In this document: in pieces, positions 27,759-38,938 of the stretch
Layout of the letters: the number at the start of each line of letters is the position of its first letter
Numbering within the stretch: the first letter of the stretch is position 1
Source: Nautiliaceae bacterium
Lineage (GTDB): Bacteria > Campylobacterota > Campylobacteria > Campylobacterales > Nautiliaceae
Assembly: GCA_039831155.1 (NCBI GenBank)
Contig: JBDONT010000011.1
Coordinates: forward strand, 32,367-96,366
DNA: 64,000 nucleotides
Direction: 5' to 3'
The notes under the pieces: model-generated
Databases searched by the model: none
What the model was told of the DNA's origin: nothing
The model's input: the letters and a program-made list of their open reading frames with translations, nothing else
Position numbers and translations under genes: made by a program

Positions 27759-30700
27759 CTAAAGAGAAGTTCTTATATTTGTCGTAACTCTTAAAGCAAA
27801 TCCAAAAGGAGTGTTTAAAATTAAAATAGCTCTTTTATTTCCAGGATTTTTCTTAAGTTCGTTATAAATATTTAAAAGTTCTTCTTCGAAATTTTCTCCT
27901 ATGTTTCTTTGAATAATACTAACTTCTTCTTTTATAGCTCCTTTTTCGTCTTTTGCTTCTTCGAGGGTCATAACTTTTCTGCACGTAACCCTTAAAAACT
28001 CTCCCACTTTTTCTACTTGTGCTTTTATCGCTATAGGTTCGTCAAGGTTAAATTCGTTTAATTTTTCCAGGTCTCTTTCAAATATCATAATATCTATTTT
28101 CCCGTGAAAGTCCATAAGAGTAGCTATGGCGAATTTATTTCCTTTTTTGGAGATTTTTACTTTCATACTGTCTATTTTTCCGACAAACAAAGCTTCTTGA
28201 GAGATAATTTCTTCTACATCGCTTGAGAGGTTGTATTTTAGCTGTTGAATTTTTTCTTTGTATGGGTCTAGAGGGTGGGCTGAAACGTAAAATCCTAAGG
28301 TTTGGTATTCGTATTCAAGTAAAGTTTTTATATCAAACTCTACACTGTTTGGGATGTTTAAGTGTTCGTCTATTTCTTCTTCAGCCATATCGGCAAATAG
28401 AGAGTGTTCGTGGTTTATTGCGTTTTTTTTCTCTTCTACGCGTTTTTTAAATTCAAGTATCTCTTCCACGTTATTTAACATAGCTTTTCTTGAGAGTCCG
28501 AAATCATCCATTGCACCGGATTTTATGAGTTGTTCTAGGACTTTTTTGTTTACTTTGCTCGTATCGACTTTTAATATAAAATCTTCCAAACTTTCATAAG
28601 GTCTGTTGGCAACTATACTCTCAATCGCTCTTGCACCAACCCCTTTAATGGCACTAAGTCCAAAAAGAATTTTATTTTCAATCGGTGTGAATTCTGCATT
28701 TGATTTATTTACGTTTGGTGGCAGTACTTCAATTCCTAAGACTTTTGCCTCTTCTATGTATTTTGCGATTTTATCGGTGTTTTCCGCTTCGTATGTTAGA
28801 AGGGCACTTAAAAACTCCGTCGGGTAGTAGGTTTTTAGATATGCCGTTTGGTATGTAATCATTGCGTATGCGGCGGAGTGGGATTTGTTAAATCCGTATC
28901 CGGCGAACTTTTCTATAAGTTCAAATAGGCTTTTGGCGTTTTCGTATGAAAACCCTCTTTCTTTTGCACGGGTTGCGAACTCTTCTGCGTATTTTTTCAT
29001 AAGATCGACTTTTTTCTTACCCATAGCCCTACGGATAATATCCGCTTCTCCTAAGCTAAAGCCACCTATTGCCTGAACTATTTGCATAACCTGCTCTTGA
29101 TAAACAATCACTCCGTAAGTCGGTTCTAAGATAGGTTTTAACACTTCTTCAAATTCATCAAAAAAGTAGCTTATAGGCTTTCTTCCGTGTTTTCTTTCGA
29201 TGTAATCATCAAGCATTCCAGCATCCATAGGTCCCGGGCGATATAGGGCAAGCATAGCGATGATATCTTCAAAAGTAGTAGGTCTTAGGCGTTTTGCCAA
29301 ATCCTGCATACCGTCGGATTCTATTTGAAATAGCCCTAGAGTATGTCCTGATTGAATAAGCTCAAATACTTTAGGGTCGTCAAGAGAGAGTAGGTCTATG
29401 TTTATTTCTTTGTTTTTGTTTGTTTTTATGTTTTTTACGGCTCTGTCTATTACGGTTAAGGTTTTTAATCCTAAGAAGTCGAATTTAATTAAATCCACCG
29501 GTTCTAAGTAGTTTAGAGAGTATTGTGTTACTATTGTGTCGTCTTTTTCATCTTGCTTGTAAAGAGGGGATTTTTTCCAAAGCTCTTCATCGCTTATGAC
29601 AACTCCGGCTGCGTGCATTCCGGTGTTTCTTTTAAGTCCTTCTAGATGTTCCCCGAATGAATAGAGTCTGCTATAAAGAGGGTCTTTTTCTATAATTTCA
29701 TTTATTTTGGGTTCTAGTTCTTTTGCTTTTTCAAGGGTTATGCCTAGTTGGTCTGGGATTAGTTTTACAAATTTATCGGCTTCGCTGTAATCTATTCCGA
29801 AAATTCTGGCGACGTCTCTAAGTACACCTTTTGCAAGCAAAGAACCGAACGTAATAACTTGGGCTACGTTTACTTTTCCGTATTTTTCGCGAACGTATTC
29901 TATAATCTCGCCCCGTCTTTCCTGACAAAAATCCATATCTATATCGGGCATACTTACCCTCTCCGGATTTAAGAACCTTTCAAATAAAAGCCCGTATTTT
30001 AGAGGGTCTATGTTCGTTATTTGTAGTGAATAAGCAACAAGTGCCCCGGCTGCACTACCACGCCCGGGACCTACCGGGATTTTACGTTTTTTGGCTTCTC
30101 TTACAAAATCCCAAACAATCAGCATATATCCCGGAAATTTCATTCTTTTTATGATATCTATTTCATAGTCCAGTCTTTTTCTGTACTCTTCGTGCAGTTC
30201 TTCTGGTATGTATTTTAATCTCTCTTCAAGACCTTCTTTACATTTGTATTCGAAATACTCTACGTCGTTATCGATATCAAGTCCCTCTTTTTGGGCGTAC
30301 TCTTTTGTAAACTTAAAAGTAGGGGGAGTAGGGTTTCCAAGAGGTATTTCAAGGTTTATGGATTCAGCCAGTTTATCTGTATTTTCTATAGCTTGTGGGA
30401 GGTCTTTGAATATTTCTTCAAACTCTTCTTTGCTTTTAAAGTAGTTTTCTTTAACTACCGGTTTTCTGTGAAGGTCGTCAAAGAGTTTATTGTTTTCTAT
30501 ACATTCAAGAGCGTCTTTGTAGATGTAGTCTAGTTTGTTTAGAAAAAATATATTGGAAGAAGCAAGTAAAGGGGTATTTGTTTCTTTTGAGAGGGTTATT
30601 AAATCGTTTTGGATTAATTTTTCGTCTTCTGCGTCTCTTGTTATTTCAAGATAAATTTCGTTTAGATTTTCTTTGTAGATTTTTAGAATTTCTTTTGCTT

Positions 30701-31154
30701 TTTCATAACCTTCGGCACCTTTTAGGATGTTTTCTTCTTTAAAGATATTCAAATGAAATCCGGCTTCACTATCAAGCATAGGAAGTATAAAGCAAAGTCC
30801 TTCTTTGTTTTTTATAATCTCTTCAAAAGGTAAGTAGGGCTTTTCTCCTCTCATATTGTAAAGGTAGGATATGGAACTTAGATACATTAAATTATCGTAT
30901 CCGGTTTTGTTTTTGGCGATAATAATCAGTCTGTGGATGTTACCGTCTCTTATAATGCTTACTTCGCTTCCTATTATAGGTTTTATATCGTTTGCACGGC
31001 AGCTTTCATAAAATTCAATCGCACTGAACATATTGTCAAGTTCTGTTATTGCAAGTGCGTTAAATCCGTACTCTTTTGCTTTTTTGGTGAGGTCTTTTAT
31101 TTTTATGGTTGAATGTAAGAGTGAATAGTCGCTATGAATATGAAACGGTACCAA
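27759..31154 (-). CDS. dnaE: DNA polymerase III alpha subunit
   Basis: PHP HIHSDYSLL, GPGRGSAAG, FERFLNPERVSMPDIDMDF, KFDFLGL, YGFNKSHSAAY, C-terminal OB fold; no intein. Confidence 0.98.
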   Translation of the reverse strand: MVPFHIHSDYSLLHSTIKIKDLTKKAKEYGFNALAITELDNMFSAIEFYESCRANDIKPIIGSEVSIIRDGNIHRLIIIAKNKTGYDNLMYLSSISYLYNMRGEKPYLPFEEIIKNKEGLCFILPMLDSEAGFHLNIFKEENILKGAEGYEKAKEILKIYKENLNEIYLEITRDAEDEKLIQNDLITLSKETNTPLLASSNIFFLNKLDYIYKDALECIENNKLFDDLHRKPVVKENYFKSKEEFEEIFKDLPQAIENTDKLAESINLEIPLGNPTPPTFKFTKEYAQKEGLDIDNDVEYFEYKCKEGLEERLKYIPEELHEEYRKRLDYEIDIIKRMKFPGYMLIVWDFVREAKKRKIPVGPGRGSAAGALVAYSLQITNIDPLKYGLLFERFLNPERVSMPDIDMDFCQERRGEIIEYVREKYGKVNVAQVITFGSLLAKGVLRDVARIFGIDYSEADKFVKLIPDQLGITLEKAKELEPKINEIIEKDPLYSRLYSFGEHLEGLKRNTGMHAAGVVISDEELWKKSPLYKQDEKDDTIVTQYSLNYLEPVDLIKFDFLGLKTLTVIDRAVKNIKTNKNKEINIDLLSLDDPKVFELIQSGHTLGLFQIESDGMQDLAKRLRPTTFEDIIAMLALYRPGPMDAGMLDDYIERKHGRKPISYFFDEFEEVLKPILEPTYGVIVYQEQVMQIVQAIGGFSLGEADIIRRAMGKKKVDLMKKYAEEFATRAKERGFSYENAKSLFELIEKFAGYGFNKSHSAAYAMITYQTAYLKTYYPTEFLSALLTYEAENTDKIAKYIEEAKVLGIEVLPPNVNKSNAEFTPIENKILFGLSAIKGVGARAIESIVANRPYESLEDFILKVDTSKVNKKVLEQLIKSGAMDDFGLSRKAMLNNVEEILEFKKRVEEKKNAINHEHSLFADMAEEEIDEHLNIPNSVEFDIKTLLEYEYQTLGFYVSAHPLDPYKEKIQQLKYNLSSDVEEIISQEALFVGKIDSMKVKISKKGNKFAIATLMDFHGKIDIMIFERDLEKLNEFNLDEPIAIKAQVEKVGEFLRVTCRKVMTLEEAKDEKGAIKEEVSIIQRNIGENFEEELLNIYNELKKNPGNKRAILILNTPFGFALRVTTNIRTSL

Positions 31155-31282
31155 TGTAAGCCTTTTTGTGAAATTTTATCAAAAGTTACAATATAAAAAT
31201 ATATCTTAAAGTTTAAACCAAGGGAAAATTAAAATTAAAAATTAAATAAAATAAAGTATAATTTCACTAAAAAAGGCATTGT

Positions 31283-33064
31283 ATGCAAGATAAAATTAGA
31301 AACTTTTCCATTATCGCCCATATAGACCACGGTAAATCTACATTGGCTGATAGACTTATAGAGTTTACGGGTGGAATAAGTGAGAGGGAAAAAGAAGACC
31401 AGCTTTTAGATTCTATGGATATAGAAAAAGAAAGAGGTATTACTATTAAAGCCCAAAGTGTAAGACTTGAATATAAAGACCATATTTTAAATTTAATCGA
31501 TACCCCGGGACATGTTGACTTTTCTTATGAAGTTAGCAAATCTTTAAAAAGTAGTGAGGGGGCTTTGCTTGTAGTCGATGCAACGCAAGGAGTTGAAGCT
31601 CAAACACTTGCGAATGTTTATATGGCAGTTGAGAATGATTTGGAAATAATTCCGGTAATTAATAAAATCGACCTTCCAAGTGCCGACCCGGAGAGAGTTG
31701 CGGAAGAGATTGAACAAACCATAGGAATTGATGCCAGTGAAGCAATTTTAGTAAGTGCCAAAACGGGAGAGGGGATAGAAGAGCTTTTAGATGCTATAAT
31801 TGATAGAATTCCGGTACCAAAAGGCGACCCTAAAGCTCCTACCAAAGCTTTAATTTATGACAGTTGGTTTGATAACTATTTAGGAGCCGTTTGTCTTGTT
31901 AGGGTGTTTGACGGAAGCATTAAGAAAAATCAAGAAGTGCTTGTAATGGGTACGGGTAAAAAACACAAGGTTTTAGATTTATATTATCCGCATCCTATTA
32001 GAAAATTAAAAACCGACGAAATCAAAACCGGTGAAATCGGTGTAGTTGTAATGGGGCTTAAAAATGTAGCCGATATTAGGGTAGGGGATACCATAACAGA
32101 CGCCAAAAATCTGGCAAGTGAACCGGCAGCTGAATTTGAAGAGGCAAAAAGTTTCGTATTTGCCGGAATTTATCCTATTGATACGGATAAATATGACGAT
32201 TTAAGAGACGCACTTGAAAAACTTAAATTAAATGACGCTTCAATTACGTTTGAACCGGAAACTTCTCAAGCGTTAGGATTCGGGTTTAGGGTAGGGTTTT
32301 TAGGAATGCTTCATATGGAGGTTGTAAAAGAGAGACTTGAGAGGGAGTTTGGAATAGAACTAATTGCTACGGCTCCTAGCGTTACTTATAAAGTGAGATT
32401 AACAGACGGTAGTGAAATAGAAATTTCAAATCCTAGCGAACTTCCTCCACCGAATAAAATAGATAAAATTTATGAACCTTACGTAAAAGCCACTATTCTT
32501 ACACCGAATGAGTTTGTAGGGAATTTAATTCAGTTTTTAAACGAAAAAAGAGGAATTCAGACAAAAATGGAATATCTATCCCCGGAAAGAGTTTTACTAG
32601 AGTATGAGATTCCTTTAAATGAAATAGTTACCGATTTTTACGACAAACTAAAAACTCTTACAAAAGGTTATGCGAGTTTTGATTATGAGCCTATAGGATA
32701 TAGAGAAGGTGATTTGGTAAAAATGGATATAAGGGTTGCCGGGGAAGTTGTAGATGCACTTAGCGTAATTGTCCCAAGGGATAAGGCGGAAAGAAGAGGA
32801 CGTGAACTTATTAAGGTTATGAAAGAACTTATTCCAAGACAATTATTTGAAGTTGCTATTCAAGCTAGTATCGGAAATAAAATTATTGCCAGAGAAACCG
32901 TAAAAGCTCTAAGAAAAGACGTAACGGCTAAATGTTACGGTGGGGATATAAGTAGAAAAAGAAAACTGCTTGAAAAACAAAAACAGGGTAAAAAAAGGAT
33001 GAAAGCGATAGGAAAAGTAAATATCCCACAAGAGGCGTTTTTAAGCGTGTTAAAGATTGACTGA
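31283..33064 (+). CDS. lepA: Elongation factor 4
   Basis: [53 protein letters not shown]. Confidence 0.98.
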   Translation: MQDKIRNFSIIAHIDHGKSTLADRLIEFTGGISEREKEDQLLDSMDIEKERGITIKAQSVRLEYKDHILNLIDTPGHVDFSYEVSKSLKSSEGALLVVDATQGVEAQTLANVYMAVENDLEIIPVINKIDLPSADPERVAEEIEQTIGIDASEAILVSAKTGEGIEELLDAIIDRIPVPKGDPKAPTKALIYDSWFDNYLGAVCLVRVFDGSIKKNQEVLVMGTGKKHKVLDLYYPHPIRKLKTDEIKTGEIGVVVMGLKNVADIRVGDTITDAKNLASEPAAEFEEAKSFVFAGIYPIDTDKYDDLRDALEKLKLNDASITFEPETSQALGFGFRVGFLGMLHMEVVKERLEREFGIELIATAPSVTYKVRLTDGSEIEISNPSELPPPNKIDKIYEPYVKATILTPNEFVGNLIQFLNEKRGIQTKMEYLSPERVLLEYEIPLNEIVTDFYDKLKTLTKGYASFDYEPIGYREGDLVKMDIRVAGEVVDALSVIVPRDKAERRGRELIKVMKELIPRQLFEVAIQASIGNKIIARETVKALRKDVTAKCYGGDISRKRKLLEKQKQGKKRMKAIGKVNIPQEAFLSVLKID

Positions 33065-34029
33065 TGTATATTGTTTATATTGCAGCTGCAATTATTACTA
33101 TTATCGGACTTAAATTTCTTTCCCCTTTTTTAATTTATCTGATTTTATCGCTGTTTTTAACACTGTTAATTTATCCTTTTATATCTTTTTTGGAAAAAAG
33201 AAACATACCGTTAATTGCGGGTTATGTAATTTCCGCACTGCTTGTTGTTTTGGGCTTTGGCATTATATTTATGGTTATAAATTCGTCTTTGAAAGAGTTT
33301 TTGCAAAATGCCGCTTTTTATCAGGAGAAATTTTTAGGGCTTATAGGTGAAGTGAACGGATTTTTAAAAAATTACGACTTAAAAATAGATTCCGATATGC
33401 TAAGCGGCAGTGAAATAATTGTTTTGGCAAAAATGTTTTTGGCAAAGGCCGGGAATGTTTTAAAGGGCTTTTTAATCGTATTTATCGGTGTTTCGTTTAT
33501 GATATTTGAAGCCGGTAATTTCAATAAAAAACTCTCTTTAATTACTGCAAATAAAAAAATGTTTGAAACTTTTTTTAAAAACACTCAGAAATATTTTCTT
33601 ATAAAAACATTCACTTCTTTACTTACCGGATTTTTAGTGATTTTAATGCTTTTGTATTTTAAAGTACCTTATGCCTGGCTTTTAGGGATATTGGCTTTTA
33701 TTTTTAATTTTATTCCGGTTGTCGGTTCTATTGTTGCAGCAATTCCTGGGGTTTTGATAGCATTTGTAACATATGACGTAAGCGTTTTTATTTATGTGAG
33801 TATCGGTTATCTTATTATAAACAACGTAGTTTCAAACGTGATAGAACCTAAACTTATGGGTGAAGGACTTGGTCTTTCGCCCGCAGTTGTATTTTTTTCG
33901 CTTCTTTTATGGGGATGGGTTTTTGGTATTGTAGGAACGTTTTTAGCGGTTCCTCTAACAATGACGCTTAAACTGGCTCTTATGAGCTATGAAAAAACGA
34001 AATGGCTTGCCATTTTGCTTTCTAAATAA
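33064..34029 (+). CDS. AI-2E family transporter
   Basis: Multi-TM; NFIPVVG, IEPKLMG..LGLSP, WGWVFG..G.FLAVP. Confidence 0.9.
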   Translation: MYIVYIAAAIITIIGLKFLSPFLIYLILSLFLTLLIYPFISFLEKRNIPLIAGYVISALLVVLGFGIIFMVINSSLKEFLQNAAFYQEKFLGLIGEVNGFLKNYDLKIDSDMLSGSEIIVLAKMFLAKAGNVLKGFLIVFIGVSFMIFEAGNFNKKLSLITANKKMFETFFKNTQKYFLIKTFTSLLTGFLVILMLLYFKVPYAWLLGILAFIFNFIPVVGSIVAAIPGVLIAFVTYDVSVFIYVSIGYLIINNVVSNVIEPKLMGEGLGLSPAVVFFSLLLWGWVFGIVGTFLAVPLTMTLKLALMSYEKTKWLAILLSK

Positions 34030-34037
34030 TTTGGAAA

Positions 34038-34346
34038 TTAAGTCCCACAGGCTGCGGGACCTCCTTTCCAGTATTTTTGCTCTAATTCTAAAAATTTCTG
34101 TTTTTCCTCTTCACTCATTATTCTTTCATCATATTCAAACTCAAGTCCCATGCTTTTTAAAGGTATTGCGACGGAATTTATAATCTGCTCTCTTATCGGG
34201 ATATTAGGAAAAGGCCAAACGAAAGTAGCCTTTATGATGTCTCCTTCAAAGTCTATATCTTGAAGGATTCCCAGATTAGTAAGACTTGTGGCAATAGCCG
34301 GATGTTGGATACTCTCTATTGTTTTTACTATTTCAAAAAAGTTCAT
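34038..34346 (-). CDS. DUF59 / Fe-S cluster assembly-like protein
   Basis: IQHPAIATSLTNLGILQDI resembles the DUF59 N-terminal motif; directly downstream of metK. Confidence 0.6.
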   Translation of the reverse strand: MNFFEIVKTIESIQHPAIATSLTNLGILQDIDFEGDIIKATFVWPFPNIPIREQIINSVAIPLKSMGLEFEYDERIMSEEEKQKFLELEQKYWKGGPAACGT

Positions 34347-34355
34347 TTTAAACCT

Positions 34356-35504
34356 TTATTTTAAATTTAAAAAATCTTTAATTTCGTCAACTTTATTTAG
34401 TTTTTCCCAGCTAAACTCTTCTCTTCCGAAATGTCCGTAAGCTGCGGTGTTTTTGTATATAGGTTTTAATAAATCAAGTGAATCGATAATACCTTTTGGT
34501 GTTAAATCGAACACTTTTTTAACGGCTTCTTCTATTTTAGTTTCGTCAACTTTAGCAGTTCCGTGAGAGTTTACATAAATACTTACTGGCTCAACCACTC
34601 CTATAGCGTATGCAATTTGAACGGTAATTTTTTCAGCAGCACCTGCCGCAACTAAATTTTTTGCCACCCATCTAGCCGCATAAGCTCCGCTTCTGTCAAC
34701 TTTTGTAGGGTCTTTACCACTAAACGCCCCACCACCGTGAGGTGCAGCACCACCGTAAGTATCTACTATAATTTTTCTACCGGTAAGTCCGGCGTCTCCT
34801 TGAGGACCACCGATTACGAATTTTCCGGTAGGGTTTATAAAGTATTCTACGTTTTTACTTAGCATATTAGCCGGAATTACTTTTTTAATCACTTCTTCAA
34901 TTACGGCTTCTTTGATTTCGGAATAATTAATATCGGGTTCGTGTTGAGTTGAAACTACTACCTTTTCTACGCTTACCGGTTTTCCGTCTACGTATTTAAT
35001 ACTAACTTGAGCTTTTCCGTCCGGTCTTAGCCACGGGATTATTGCTTCTTTTCTTGCAACCGATAATCTTTTTGTAAGTTTATGTGCAAGCATTATAGGA
35101 AGTGGCATAAGTTCCGGTGTTTCGTTGCAAGCATACCCAAACATCATACCCTGGTCGCCGGCTCCTATAACTTCTCCTCTTTCAACTCCTTGACGGATAT
35201 CCGGGCTTTGTTCTCCTATACCGTTTAATACACCGGCTGTTCTGTAATCAAACCCGTATCTTGCGTCCGTATAACCTATTTCTCTTATAACTTCTCTTGC
35301 TATTTCTTGCATAGGAGCGTAAGTTGTTGTTTTAAGTTCTCCGGCAATAATACAAAATCCGTTACTAAGAAGTGTTTCACAGGCAACTTTTGCGTTTTTG
35401 TCTCTTTCTATAATATAATCAAGTATTGCATCACTTATTTGGTCTGCCATTTTATCCGGATGACCTTCCGTTACACTTTCACTACTAAAAAGATATTCTC
35501 TCAT
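34356..35504 (-). CDS. metK: S-adenosylmethionine synthetase
   Basis: [39 protein letters not shown]. Confidence 0.98.
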   Translation of the reverse strand: MREYLFSSESVTEGHPDKMADQISDAILDYIIERDKNAKVACETLLSNGFCIIAGELKTTTYAPMQEIAREVIREIGYTDARYGFDYRTAGVLNGIGEQSPDIRQGVERGEVIGAGDQGMMFGYACNETPELMPLPIMLAHKLTKRLSVARKEAIIPWLRPDGKAQVSIKYVDGKPVSVEKVVVSTQHEPDINYSEIKEAVIEEVIKKVIPANMLSKNVEYFINPTGKFVIGGPQGDAGLTGRKIIVDTYGGAAPHGGGAFSGKDPTKVDRSGAYAARWVAKNLVAAGAAEKITVQIAYAIGVVEPVSIYVNSHGTAKVDETKIEEAVKKVFDLTPKGIIDSLDLLKPIYKNTAAYGHFGREEFSWEKLNKVDEIKDFLNLK

Positions 35505-35583
35505 TAAATCTCCTTAAGGAATTTTTGTAAAAGTATAGCATAAAAAAAATTTGATATAATCAAATTAAAAAAAAGGTTTTTTT

Positions 35584-36234
35584 ATGAAAATTTTATTAGT
35601 GGAAGATGATGAATTTATCGGAGAGAGCATAAAAGATTATCTTGAGCTTCAAAACAACAGAGTTGATTATTACTCATCGTCTTTAAAAGCTTTAGAAGAG
35701 ATTTATCCGGGGAATTACGATATTTATCTGCTTGATTTGAATATGCCGCAGATGAGTGGATATGAGCTTTATGAAGAACTTAAAAAGTATGCAAGTGATA
35801 TTCCGGTTATTTTTATTACGGCTTATTCGGATATAGAACATATAGAAAAAGCGTTTGAGCTTGGAGCTGCGGATTATGTAAAAAAACCTTTTGAGTTAAA
35901 AGAGCTTGAATTAAGGATAAAAAGGCTTGTTTTTAAAAAAACAAATAGAGTTCGGATTACTGAAGATTACAGCTTTGATGTTAAAAACTTAAAGCTTTTT
36001 TATAAAGACGAAGAGGTCGAATTAACGCCTAATGAAAAATATTTTCTGGAGATTTTAGTAAAAAACATAGGTCAAGTTGTTGATATAGAGACGCTTAAAG
36101 ATTATATTTGGGAAGAGAAAAGTGTTTGCGATAACACTCTTAGGACTCAAGTTAAGAAATTAAGAGCCAAATTAAAAGAAAATTTCATTAAAAACGTAAG
36201 AGGGAGTGGGTATAAAATTGAGAAATACAAATGA
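35584..36234 (+). CDS. OmpR-family response regulator
   Basis: LLVEDD, LLDLNMP (phospho-Asp), KPF, winged helix LRTQVKKLRAK..RGSGY. Confidence 0.93.
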   Translation: MKILLVEDDEFIGESIKDYLELQNNRVDYYSSSLKALEEIYPGNYDIYLLDLNMPQMSGYELYEELKKYASDIPVIFITAYSDIEHIEKAFELGAADYVKKPFELKELELRIKRLVFKKTNRVRITEDYSFDVKNLKLFYKDEEVELTPNEKYFLEILVKNIGQVVDIETLKDYIWEEKSVCDNTLRTQVKKLRAKLKENFIKNVRGSGYKIEKYK

Positions 36235-37825
36235 TTTTAAATTTGACATAACGGTTGCGTTTGTAATTTATGCGTTTTTGATTGTAATGTCGTTAACTTA
36301 TATAAGTATTTTCTTTTTTACAAAGATTGCAACCAAAGAGTTTCAGGAAAAGGTAAAAATAGCTGCCAGCAATATTATCCATATTTATAAAACCAAAGAA
36401 AATATCGCAAAACAAAGCACTCTTGCCCTTTCTAACAGTGAGCTTATAAGCGGGAACTTAAAAATAGATTCCGATATTTTGGCTTCTATTTTTAAAATTT
36501 TCCTCTCTTCAAATATAGACTTTAAAAAAATAAAATACGTAAACAGATACGGAAAAGGAATAGTGTATTGTAAAAAGAGGGGAAACAGGATTTTTTGTGA
36601 CGGAAGTGATAATAAGAGTTTTGTTTATAAAAATTTAAAATTTGAGGACTCTTTATTAACGGAAGAGAAGTTTGTTGATGATTATATAGAGTATAAGGTT
36701 ATTTCTCCTTTAAAAAACGCAAAAGGATATATTGTCTTAGAGTCGATTTTCAGTTCTTTATTTAACGCTTCCAATAATTTTTACAATTTAATTGTAATAG
36801 ATAAAAAAGGAAAAGTTGTTTATAGCAGTTTTTTAAAAGCGACCAATCTTTACGATATTTTTAGTTATTTATTGGCGGATAATATAAAAAAAGCAAATAA
36901 CGAGTTTGTAACGGACGATATTTACGTTGTAAATTTAAACGATAAATATAAACTTATTTTTGTGCAGAATAAAAAAATTTTAAACCAAACAAACGCTATT
37001 GCTCAAAAACTTGCAATGATTATGATTGCTATTGCGTTTTTACTTGCGATTCCCCTTGGAGTGTTTTTCTCAAAACCTTTATATAATTTTTATAAAGAGC
37101 TTGATAAAAGGGTTCAGGAAGAAATTAAAAAAGTTCAGGAAAAAGACAGACTTCTTATGCACCAAAGTAAACTTGCAGCCCTTGGTGAGATGCTCGGTAA
37201 TATCGCTCATCAGTGGAGACATCCTTTAACACGGCTTTCACTGTTATTGCAAAATCTTGAGATGGCGTATAATTCCGGTAAACTTGATAAGGATTATTTT
37301 GAAAAGATAAAAACAAAAGCGAAAGAGCAAATTAATTATATGTCTCAAACGATAGACGATTTTACCAACTTTTTTAAAAAAGATACCCAAAAAGAGGAGT
37401 TTTGCCCTTATGAGATTATAAAACACGCAATAGAACTTATGGAAGGGAGGATTAAACAAAACAGAGTGGATATAAAAATTGACGTAATAAAAAAAGAGAA
37501 AATTTACGGTTATAAGGGAGAGTTTTCGCAGGTTATTTTAAACATTATAAACAATGCGATTGACGCTTTTAAAGAAAAAAATATTCAAGATAAAAAAATT
37601 GTAATAAGAATTAACGGTAAAAAAATAGAAATTGAAGATAACGCAGGAGGAGTGCCTAAAGAGATTCAAGATAAAATATTCGAACCTTATTTTACGACTA
37701 AGTTTCAATCTCAAGGTACTGGGATAGGTCTTTATATGAGTAGGGTTATTATAACCCAACATTTTGACGGTAAATTATATACCTATAATTCTAAAAACGG
37801 AGCTGTATTTGTAATAGAAGTATAA
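36218..37825 (+). CDS. Sensor histidine kinase with a periplasmic sensor domain (start uncertain, 36206 or 36218)
   Basis: Two TM segments flanking a large periplasmic domain; H-box IAHQWRHPL, NIINNAIDA, DNAGG, FEPYFTTK, GTGIGL. Confidence 0.92.
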   Translation: MRNTNDFKFDITVAFVIYAFLIVMSLTYISIFFFTKIATKEFQEKVKIAASNIIHIYKTKENIAKQSTLALSNSELISGNLKIDSDILASIFKIFLSSNIDFKKIKYVNRYGKGIVYCKKRGNRIFCDGSDNKSFVYKNLKFEDSLLTEEKFVDDYIEYKVISPLKNAKGYIVLESIFSSLFNASNNFYNLIVIDKKGKVVYSSFLKATNLYDIFSYLLADNIKKANNEFVTDDIYVVNLNDKYKLIFVQNKKILNQTNAIAQKLAMIMIAIAFLLAIPLGVFFSKPLYNFYKELDKRVQEEIKKVQEKDRLLMHQSKLAALGEMLGNIAHQWRHPLTRLSLLLQNLEMAYNSGKLDKDYFEKIKTKAKEQINYMSQTIDDFTNFFKKDTQKEEFCPYEIIKHAIELMEGRIKQNRVDIKIDVIKKEKIYGYKGEFSQVILNIINNAIDAFKEKNIQDKKIVIRINGKKIEIEDNAGGVPKEIQDKIFEPYFTTKFQSQGTGIGLYMSRVIITQHFDGKLYTYNSKNGAVFVIEV

Positions 37826-37827
37826 AA

Positions 37828-37859
37828 AGCACTTTTTTAGCACTTTAAATAATTATAAT
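37828..37859 (+). promoter_or_regulatory. Tandem direct repeat AGCACTTT x2 (11-bp period) plus TATAAT; putative OmpR-family activator site
   Basis: AGCACTTT at 37828-37835 and 37839-37846; TATAAT at 37854-37859. Confidence 0.6.
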
Positions 37860-37887
37860 TGCATTAAAATATTAAAAAGGCTAATGT

Positions 37888-38439
37888 ATGAAAAAGGCGA
37901 CTTTAGGAGCACTGATAGCAGGAGCCGTAATAGGGCTTGGAATTTCATATGTAACGGCGGTACTTGTAGATGTAACGGGAAAACCGGAGTTTTGTGCTAG
38001 CTGTCATACTATGAAACCAATGGTTGAGAGTTTTCATAATAGTGTACACGGAGGAAATAATCCTCAAGGATTTGCAGTACACCATTGTACCGATTGTCAC
38101 TTACCTAAAAAATCTTTAATGGGATATTTGGTTGCTAAAGGTATAAGCGGGACTCAAGATGCTTTAGCGGAATTCGGATTAATTAAAAAAGTTGATTTTA
38201 AAGAAAATTATTGGGAAATGAAACATTATGTATATGATAGTGCTTGTTTACAATGCCATCATATGGTAAAAGAACCGGAAAAAGCTCTTAGTATGAGTGA
38301 ATCTAGCAGATTTGCACATAAATATTATTGGACACAAAAGAAAAAAGGAGCCGATATTAGTTGTGTAAGTTGTCATAACGATTATACTATGCCTCATTTT
38401 GCCCATCCGGGACTCCTTGATAAATTAAGAGAAGAGTGA
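37888..38439 (+). CDS. NapC/NirT family membrane-anchored tetraheme cytochrome c
   Basis: N-terminal TM; EFCASCHTM, CTDCHLP, CLQCH, CVSCH. Confidence 0.9.
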   Translation: MKKATLGALIAGAVIGLGISYVTAVLVDVTGKPEFCASCHTMKPMVESFHNSVHGGNNPQGFAVHHCTDCHLPKKSLMGYLVAKGISGTQDALAEFGLIKKVDFKENYWEMKHYVYDSACLQCHHMVKEPEKALSMSESSRFAHKYYWTQKKKGADISCVSCHNDYTMPHFAHPGLLDKLREE

Positions 38440-38524
38440 TTTTTCCTTCTTTCTTCTTTAATCTTCTTAAAAAACGACTACTTTAATAGTAAAATTTGTT
38501 AAAATACCTTAAAAAAGGTTTGTT

Positions 38525-38938
38525 ATGAAAAAGTTATTTTTAGTAGTGTTGTTGGTCTCTAATTTATTTGCTCTGGATTGGAGTGGAAAAATTAATTGGG
38601 CTATGAGTTTTGATTTTGCTAAAAACCTTGCGAAATCTCAGCATAAATTAATTATGGTTGATATCGGTCTTACTACGTGTCCTCCTTGTAAATACTTGGC
38701 ACAGCACGTTTATACGGATAAAGATGTTTCTTCTTATATAAATTCTCATTTCGTTTCGTTGTTTTATTTAGCTGATAAAGATTATTTACCACCGATTATT
38801 CAGAACTATTTCACAGGTACGACTCCTACTATTTTATTTTTAAAACCGAACGGAGAACTTGTTTATTCTATGATAGGAGCCAGACCTCCTAAAGTATTTT
38901 TGCAAATTTTAAAAAATGTAAATAAAGGTGTGAAATGA
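38525..38938 (+). CDS. Exported thioredoxin-fold protein
   Basis: Signal peptide, CPPC active site, GTTPT cis-Pro loop; upstream of ccsBA. Confidence 0.85.
   Translation: MKKLFLVVLLVSNLFALDWSGKINWAMSFDFAKNLAKSQHKLIMVDIGLTTCPPCKYLAQHVYTDKDVSSYINSHFVSLFYLADKDYLPPIIQNYFTGTTPTILFLKPNGELVYSMIGARPPKVFLQILKNVNKGVK

Noticed and set aside
27759-31154. Intein or split in dnaE
   Set aside because: Continuous 1131-aa DnaE of normal length with no intein motifs
35505-35583. SAM riboswitch upstream of metK
   Set aside because: Only 79 bp of AT-rich divergent promoter; no riboswitch core visible
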